This document shows, piece after piece, positions 52,226 through 64,000 of a DNA stretch of 64,000 nucleotides. A program made the translations under genes and the position numbers. Positions within the stretch are counted from its first letter, which is position 1; every line of letters begins with the position of its first letter. The notes below the pieces were generated by a model, which was not told where the DNA came from, searched no databases, and saw only the letters and a program-made list of their open reading frames with translations. Source of the DNA: Eledone cirrhosa (lineage: Eukaryota); NCBI GenBank assembly GCA_964016885.1, contig OZ024740.1, forward strand, positions 306,156,001 to 306,220,000, written 5' to 3'.

Positions 52226-52291
52226 TATTTTATCTGACGAAGGCATGCCATATTTTTAATATGGTATCCCTGAAATATGTATAATGAAATA
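52226..52291 (+). ncRNA. Type I hammerhead ribozyme motif, intact core
   Basis: UAUUUUAU-CUGACGA-AGG.AUGCCAUAUU(UUU)AAUAUGGUAU.CCU-GAAA-UAUGUA-UA-AUGAAAUA; stem I extends to about 52202/52308. Confidence 0.85.
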
Positions 52292-52331
52292 AATATGGTT
52301 TTATAAATATAGTTTCCATTTGTTTAATATC

Positions 52332-52378
<47 letters not shown>

Positions 52379-52465
52379 CGTAAACAAACACACACCCATA
52401 TTTAGATATATACACACACATATATATATATATATTATCAAATGATTCTATGGACATAATTTATA

Positions 52466-52504
<39 letters not shown>

Positions 52505-54957
52505 CATACACACGACCCTGTAAGGATGAAAGGCAAAGTTAACCTCGGCGGGATTTGAACTCAGACCATAAAGGGCCGTAACTCTTTGCTGCAAAGCATG
52601 GCGTCCGACTCTCTACCAATACTGCCAATCCACCGCCCTTATTTGGGATCAGATTAATGGCTGCATGAAAGGTGTCTAAAGTACATCATAATGTTATTTT
52701 ACCTGTGTATACAACTGGAAAACTTACTAAACCTCATAACATGATCAACCACTTCCACCCTTCTAAAATCTACAATTTCTCTCACCTACCCAGAAAATAC
52801 ACAGTTACCCATTAACCCTTTAGTTACCAACTCAGCCAAAACCACCTCTGATTCTATGAAATAAAACCACCCATTTTAAAGGTTTCAAATTTAAATTAAA
52901 ATCTTTCAACATAATCTCTCTCTATATAAAATTCTTTGTCTCTGTCTGTCTGTCTGTCTCTTCCTTATGCATTCCCAAATGCACACACACACACGTGAGT
53001 GGGAGGAATAATACTGAAATGATGTGACACACTGTTGAAATATACTATAAATATGGTTTCCCTTCTAGGCAAACAATACCCCATCCTCCCCTATACACAC
53101 TGATATTTAAAATGTTTTAGTCATTTAGTGTATAGTTTTTGTTTCACAACTCTATTACATAATGATATTTTTTACCATTTCATCCATTTTATAAAGTTTC
53201 AACAAGTTTCTCGATTTTGTTTTTCACCTCTGGCTACTGAGGGGGTGGGGGTTTGAAACTGTGTAAGGGGACATAATGAATAGGGAATAGTTGGTAGAAT
53301 CAGGGTAGAAGGGGGAGGAGAGACAGCAAGTGAGAGAAGAGGGAGAGCAAGAACAATAAAATACAAGAAATAAGATTGAAAGAAAAAGTATAATTAAGTC
53401 AGAGAAAAACAGTCGATGCAGATGTACATGCATGTGGTAGCATTCTTGTGACAGTTTTCTTTAGACATTAAAAAACATTATACATGACAAAAAAAGTACA
53501 TTACTAGAAATCCCACATGTTATAAAATAAATAGGATGGGTTGGTGTCTCAAGTAAACTAAACGACTAATTCTTGTTTTTAAAAAACCCAACAGAGACAA
53601 CATAGAAAAATTATCGAATTTCCAACGCACAAACCCCCCACTCGCTTACTCCACCTATTTGGGACCCAAGAGTAAATGGAGAAAAACATATTTTAGTATC
53701 TTATTTACACAGAATTTGAAGTTGGTGAAAATCATCAAAATGTTGACTTCAAATATAAGTACACCCCATTTTACCATCAATTTGTTTCTGTCATATATTT
53801 CTTGCCTTATATACGAGTATATATGGTATCTTAAGGGTACATGTATCCTTGGACTACTAAATTATTTTGCATGCTGATTCAATGGGTAGCACAGCCAGAT
53901 GATTCAACAATTGGCACCCATCCTTTATTCTCAATAAGATAGCTCCATCCATCATATAATAAATACTTAGTTTTACTCTCAAAATAAAAATAAAAACCAC
54001 AGTTCAATGGAAGACTCAATATATACAGTGTACATCCTTTTATTTAAGAAGTATGACCTTACAGCAAACAAACTTCTTTCAATTCATATTGTATCTCATC
54101 TTAGGAATGAGAAACAATATATATTGAAACTGTTTGTTAGCTGTAGGTCATATTTGGCCATCAACTCTCCTGCCTGGATAGAACAGAAATAATTGTTTCT
54201 ACTTTTGGCACAAAGCCAGCAATTTTGAAGGTGAGGGAAAAATCGATTAAATTGACCCCAACGCATTACTGGTGCTTTATTTTATCAATGCTTGTAAGGA
54301 TGAAAGGCAAAGCTAACGTTGGCGAGATTTGAACTTAGATCATAAAGGGGCGTAACCATGCTGCAAAGTATGGTGTCCAATGCTCTACAGATACTGCCAA
54401 TCCACAACAGGAATGAGAATAACCAGGACCCTTTTGCTATGCTGTGTGGCCAGAAAACAGCTCTAGTATTGGCATATGATAAAATACATTCAGTACTGTA
54501 AATTGGTTAAATGGAGACAATATATGGTAGAGAGGGATGCTTTATCTTGTGGTAGACATAACAGCCTCTCTAGTACAGAAACTACAATAAATTTCACCCA
54601 CTACACAATTAGGTGGTAGATATAAGAAAGGACATCTGGCCACAGAAATCATGCAAATATTTGAATGTATGGTCCTTCCACTCATTCAAGAGGGCAGTAG
54701 CTCTGAAGAAGAATATGCTGGGACTAGATCAACATGTCAAATACATACCTGTAAGAAAAGCAGACGCAAAATGATGATCATATATAATTATCGTTTAACA
54801 TCCACTTTCCCTGCTAGAAAGGGTTGGACGGATCTTTATAGACCAAGTCTGTACTGAAGAAGGGCTACTGACCTCCAAACAAAGCAGGGCTCTGCATCTT
54901 ACATATGGTCTCACGTTTTATATATATATATATATATATGTATGTATATATATATTC

Positions 54958-55030
54958 ATTTATATTAAGGCTATATTGTTACTCTGGAGTTTCACCTGTT
55001 TATCACAAGGTCATCAGCCTTAATATAAAT
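54958..55030 (-). ncRNA. Hammerhead-like motif (imperfect stems) closed by a 15-bp inverted repeat
   Basis: CUGAUGA-CCU...AGGU-GAAA-CUCCAGAG-UA; stem I junction is mispaired. Confidence 0.5.
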
Positions 55031-55090
55031 ATATATTAAAACTCTACTTCAGTATTGAGTACTACTTTCTCTCAGCCATCAATCACATAT

Positions 55091-55122
<32 letters not shown>

Positions 55123-55130
<8 letters not shown>

Positions 55131-55858
55131 ATGCTTTGGGAGCGTCATGTTGCCAATAAGAAACACATACACCAGCTACTTTCACTCCAATTTATTATAA
55201 ATTAAATTTATAAATTTCCGGTTGGTTGGTTGGTTCCATAACCGGACGGTTGTTCATATATTATCAAAGTTCTTTTGTCACACATTCTGTGACCTCTTCA
55301 GTGACTGGGGATTCTTTTCTTTGTTTTGTGCCTCTCCTTTGTTCTGTCCTACTCCATCTTGTTTTTGTGTGTGTTGTGTGCTTAGTTTGCGCATGTGTTA
55401 CATCCGGGTGTCTGTGTGTGTTTTTATTTGTCTATTTACATGCCACTGGTTGGCTGCCTGCTCCACGTGTGTGTGTGCCTTCACTTAGTCCCCAACTGCA
55501 CGCTGTGATGTTGCTATTCCACCCATGTTTTCTATTTAACTCCGGCTGGAGTTCATCTATGTTATACAAATAAAACACACACAGACACCCGGATGTAACA
55601 CATGCGCAAACTAAGCACACAACACACACAAAAACAAGATGGCGTAGGACAGAACAAAGGAGAGGCACAAAACAAAGAAAAGATTCCCCAGTCACTGAAG
55701 AGGTCACAGAATGTGTGACGAAAGAACTTTGACAATATATGAACAACCGTCCGGTTATGGAACCAACCAACCAACCGGAAATTTATAATAAATTGGAGTG
55801 AAAGCAACTGGTGCGTGTTTCTTATTGGCAACATGACCCTCCCAAAGCATAACAATAT
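55123..55858. mobile_element. Fold-back element with ~300-bp inverted arms, each carrying a hammerhead
   Basis: 55123-55431 is the reverse complement of 55566-55858 (few mismatches); (TA)n on the left and after 55915. Confidence 0.92.
55691..55733 (+). ncRNA. Minimal type I hammerhead motif (intact core, extra G after A9); inverted twin 55263-55305 has GAAA>AAAA
   Basis: GUCA-CUGAAGA-G-GUCACA(GAAUG)UGUGAC-GAAA-GAAC-UU-UGAC. Confidence 0.75.
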
Positions 55859-55929
55859 CGGTTTCAACACACGTTTTCAGATAAAGAATCTTGCTAAACA
55901 AATTCGGAAACAAAATATATATATATATT

Positions 55930-56640
55930 TAATAAAGTATGAATACCTACGCGTAAAAAATACATATAGGGAAACAAGTATTATCCAACCGTATGCCAAT
56001 GTGGTTCTATGGCGGGTTAATAAATTAACAGGCCAGAACATATAAAATCGAGGTCTGGAGCATGAAACCGTGGAAAAGGCACATATAGTAAGTACAGCGA
56101 ATTTTTAAAAATTTATTTTAAAACTTTTTCTCTATTTGCTAGACTTCGATTTTATATGTTCTGGCTTGTTCATTTATTAACCCGCCATAGAACCACATTG
56201 GCATACGGTTGGATAATACTTGTTTCCCTATATGTATTTTTTACACGTAGGAATTCATACTTTATTATTATTGATCTACCCCTAAGGTAGAGATACAATT
56301 TTGGCTGTTTGGACTGCTGCTATTTCTAGTGGTAGGACATTGACTTGTCCACCCTGCCTTTTGTCTTTGCACATGGCACCAGACAGAATTATTTCTTTCA
56401 TTATCTGCTCTCATGTGGGAATGGTTTTGTATGGCATCAGTTTGTGATTTGAACTTGGGAATTTTATATTCTCCGAAGGAGAAGAGCCTTCTGAAGATTG
56501 CTCCATTCTCAATGAAATCTGCTTGGATTTTCCATTTATTCTGGAGCATGAAACCGCGGTAAAGACAAATATAGTAAGTACAGCGAATTTTTTTAAATGT
56601 ATTTTAAAACTTTTTCTCTATTTGCTAGACCTTAATTTTA
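55930..56640 (+). mobile_element. Hammerhead element: ~1.2 tandem units of 486 nt preceded by an inverted 127-bp segment
   Basis: direct repeat 56055-56144 / 56541-56630; inverted repeat 55930-56056 / 56141-56267. Confidence 0.88.
56486..56566 (+). ncRNA. Type I hammerhead motif with palindromic stem III
   Basis: GCCUU-CUGAAGA-U-UGCUCCA...UGGAGCA-U-GAAA-CCGCGG-UA-AAGAC; GUA triplet. Confidence 0.78.
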
Positions 56641-56716
56641 TAAATATATATCATTTCATCATCATCATCATCATTTCATTTTACGTCCACTTTTCCCTGC
56701 TTGCAAGGGTGGGACG

Positions 56717-56775
56717 TATATATATACATACATATATACATACATATATACATATAGATACATACATATATATAT

Positions 56776-56814
<39 letters not shown>

Positions 56815-57292
56815 TACATACATATATATATATACATATATACATACATATATACATACATATATATATATACATACATATATATATATACATACATATA
56901 TACATACATATATATATACATACATATATACATACATATATACATACATATATATATACATACATATATATATACATACATATATACATACATACATACA
57001 TATATACATACATACATACATATATACATACATACATACATATATACATACATACATATATACATATATATATACATACATATATATATATATACATACA
57101 TATATATATACATACATATATATATACAGACATACATATATATACAGACATACATATATATATACATACATATATATATACATACATATATACATACATA
57201 TATATATACATACATATATACATACATATATACATACATATATATATACATATATACATACATATATATATATACATACATATATATATATA

Positions 57293-57342
<50 letters not shown>

Positions 57343-57510
57343 CACATATATATATATACACATATATATATATACATACATATATATATATACATATATA
57401 TATACATATATATATATATACATACATATATATATATACATACATATATATATATACATACATATATATATATACATACATATATATATATATACACATA
57501 TATATATATA
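56717..57510. repeat. Compound (TA)n/(TACA)n microsatellite, ~800 bp
   Basis: directly visible. Confidence 0.99.
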
Positions 57511-58063
57511 TGGTGGCTGCCAACTCGTTTTCGAGTACGGCCACTACTTTATATCCATGTAGGAGAACTCCTACCGATGCGCTGAACGAGTGTGACTTTT
57601 TAGTCCAGACAGCAACTTGAAAACTCTGGTACAAACACTACACTTGTGACAAATATTGACACATAGTGCTGGGCCCATGGTACCATGTGATGACAAGTGC
57701 AGAGAGATCTCCATATATAAAAAAATGCCTGTGCCGTGAAGCTTTTATAGTGAGCAAAGGCACTGCACAAAGCCAGTCCCACTCTCTTAACCAAGATGAT
57801 ATTTACCAAAAAGAAGAACAAGTCAACATCATTGGATACCATCAGAGTTGCAGGTGTTATATCAGAGTTTTCCTTCTCCTAGAATTCTGCCTTGACAAAG
57901 GCTAAGGGGTCATCTCTCCCGGTGATTTTGGATGGCCATTGACTCTTAAGAGCTCCTTTGCCCTTTGACAGGTTTTGTTTTTAGTCCTGCAGGATGTCCA
58001 AAGTCACCCTCCTCACCAAGAAACCTTGGTGGGGTTGCCAGTTTAGTCGCCAACGAACCGACC
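57510..58063 (-). mobile_element. Internally deleted (5' UTR + 3' end) RTE/BovB-like non-autonomous element with (TA)n tail
   Basis: RTE 5'-UTR motif GGAGAAGGAAAACTCTG at 57863-57879; terminal C2H2 finger [22 protein letters not shown] followed by a stop at 57571; short 3' UTR running into (TA)n. Confidence 0.75.
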
Positions 58064-58394
58064 ATACATATATATACATATATATATATATATATACATA
58101 CATATATATATACATACATATATATATACATCATCATCATACGTCCGCTTTTCCCTGCTTGCAAGGGTGGGACGGGTCTTATTCATACATATACATATAC
58201 ATACATATATATATACATATATATATATACATACATACATACATATATATATATACATACATACATACATATATATACATATACACATATATATATATAT
58301 ACACATATATATACATATATACATATATATATATATATACATACATACATACATATATATACATATACACATATATATATATATACACATATAT

Positions 58395-58427
<33 letters not shown>

Positions 58428-58455
58428 TACATACATACATATATATACATATACA

Positions 58456-59830
58456 CATCATCATCATCATCATCATCAACGTTTAACGTCCGTGTTCCAC
58501 GCTTGCATGGGTTTGGACGGGGGTAGTCCCACTTGAGGCAAGAGTGATTGTCTTGCTCGCATAGGACTGTCTGGCAGGTTTTCTACAGTTGGATGCCCTT
58601 CCTAACACCAACCACATTTACAGTGTGGGTCTGGGAGGTTTTTACCGTGTTGCCTACACGGCCACATTACAGCGTGGACTGTGTGTTTTTTTGTCGTGAC
58701 ACCTACACGATCTCATTTGTTTTGGCCTCGATGGCGCGGCACCAACATAACTTTACATAGAACGGGGTGGTGTGGATCGGGTGGGGGTGGGGGTGGTGGG
58801 ACGGGGTGTATTTTGTTAGAGATGCCTACTGGCTGGAGTAGGTTTTACTATATATTTAGGTAAGGCGGGTCTTCTCTGTTACTGAGTACCGCCAAAGGTC
58901 TCGGTCCAGTGACATTGTCTTGGAGAGGTGTAAGTGTGTGATGTCGGAGTTTATCAGCTCGTCCCAGGTTTTTCTAGGTCTGCCTATTCCGTGACTACCG
59001 TCTATCTTTATTGCCCTGCACTTTGTTATACAGCTATCGACTTTCATGCGCATCACGTGTCCATACCAACGTAGCCTTCTCTCGAGTAAACAACATCTGA
59101 TCCCTCTTATCTCTAATTTATTCCTTAGTTCGTTTATGCTTTGCCGTTCACGTATATTACTGTTACACATCCAGCGGAGCATGCAAGCTTCGTTCCTCTC
59201 TAGTCTGCGTATATCCTCTGCACACAATGCCCAGGTCTCACTGCCATGCAGCATTGCTGTTCGTATGCAGGCATCGTACAACCTGCCTTTCATTTTTAGT
59301 GAGAACCCTTTAGCAGCTAATAGTGGTATAAGCTCTCTGAACTTTTTCCAACCAGTTCTGACTCTAGCTACAGTACTTTCAGAGCACCCTCCCCCACTGC
59401 TGATTTTATCGCCCAGGTAACGGAAGCTGTCCACTATTTCTATAGAACCCTCTGCGCAATTGAAAGAGCTAGTAGTTTGTGGGCACTTGCTGCTACTTAT
59501 TGCACCAGAGCACCGGCCACATGTAAAATCTATGTTCTTAGTTAGCTTACCTGTGATCCCACTACATCTTTTATGCACCCATACTTTGCATTTAGGACAT
59601 AAAATGGAGTTTCTACCTACGCCTTTCCTACACACCGAGCACGACCATTTCCCCGAAGGGACCGCCGCCTTGTTTTCTTTCCTACAAACTAGTACTTTGG
59701 TCTTAGCCAGGTTAATTTTAAGTCCTTTTGACTCTAGGCCGTGCTTCCATGTTTGGAATTTCTTCTCTAGCTCGGCCATTGATTCCGCTATGAGTGTCAG
59801 GTCGTCTGCGTATAGGAGTTCCCATGGGCA
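58456..59830 (-). mobile_element. 5'-truncated RTE LINE with open frame from [10 protein letters not shown] to the natural stop, plus 3' UTR
   Basis: the C-terminal ~325 aa of ORF 58856-61378 are RT/PHD/thumb; the 3' UTR ends in (GAT)n at 58456. Confidence 0.96.
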
Positions 59831-61409
<1,579 letters not shown>

Positions 61410-61416
<7 letters not shown>

Positions 61417-61507
61417 ACTAGAAATTGATTAACATATAAATATACATGAATAATCTCCTGTGATTATTCATGTATATTTATATGTTAATCAATTTCTAGT
61501 TATTATA
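61410..61507. repeat. Perfect 46-bp inverted repeat with 6-nt loop
   Basis: 61410-61455 is the exact reverse complement of 61462-61507. Confidence 0.97.
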
Positions 61508-61616
61508 AAATGCTCGGATATATCTTTGAGCTTATTTCCAGGCGATATGGCGCATGCCGTTATCGCATGACACCCACAATTTCGATTAAATTCATTTAAT
61601 TTATCTTAATTTTGGA

Positions 61617-64000
<2,384 letters not shown>

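Noticed and set aside
55222-55870. Paired identical-looking ORFs on opposite strands
   Set aside because: A consequence of the inverted repeat; low-complexity translation with non-ATG starts.
56268-56549. 93-aa minus-strand ORF as a LINE remnant
   Set aside because: No convincing RT or endonuclease motif; it overlaps the plus-strand hammerhead unit.

Overview
AT-rich, repeat-dense animal genomic DNA. The SINE, RTE and microsatellite complement is typical of an octopod cephalopod (inference). The only cellular gene I can support is a minus-strand, multi-exon FERM-domain gene of the Expanded/FRMD6 family (Hippo pathway). I reconstructed 10 coding exons between 34552 and 1886, about 444 codons, all GT-AG and phase-consistent. 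The 3' part appears to run off the left edge and the 5' UTR exon(s) were not located. The protein keeps the NTTSGIVSD degron of insect Expanded. The rest is transposon-derived: 5'-truncated RTE LINEs with a PHD-type finger inside the RT region, tRNA-derived Meta- and CORE-type SINEs (one sharing the RTE 3' tail), piggyBac, hAT and Tc1-pogo MITEs, a mariner relic, and very long (TA/TACA)n tracts. The most notable signal is 10 type I hammerhead ribozyme motifs from several unrelated sequence families, 5 with intact cores. They sit in short non-coding elements of about 350-490 nt that occur as partial tandems, circular permutations and fold-backs, mostly in (TA)n microsatellites, resembling Penelope pseudo-LTRs or retrozymes. 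Two intact-core hammerheads lie in sense orientation within introns of the expanded gene. The long YIYI/MYVC ORFs in the ORF track are microsatellite artefacts.
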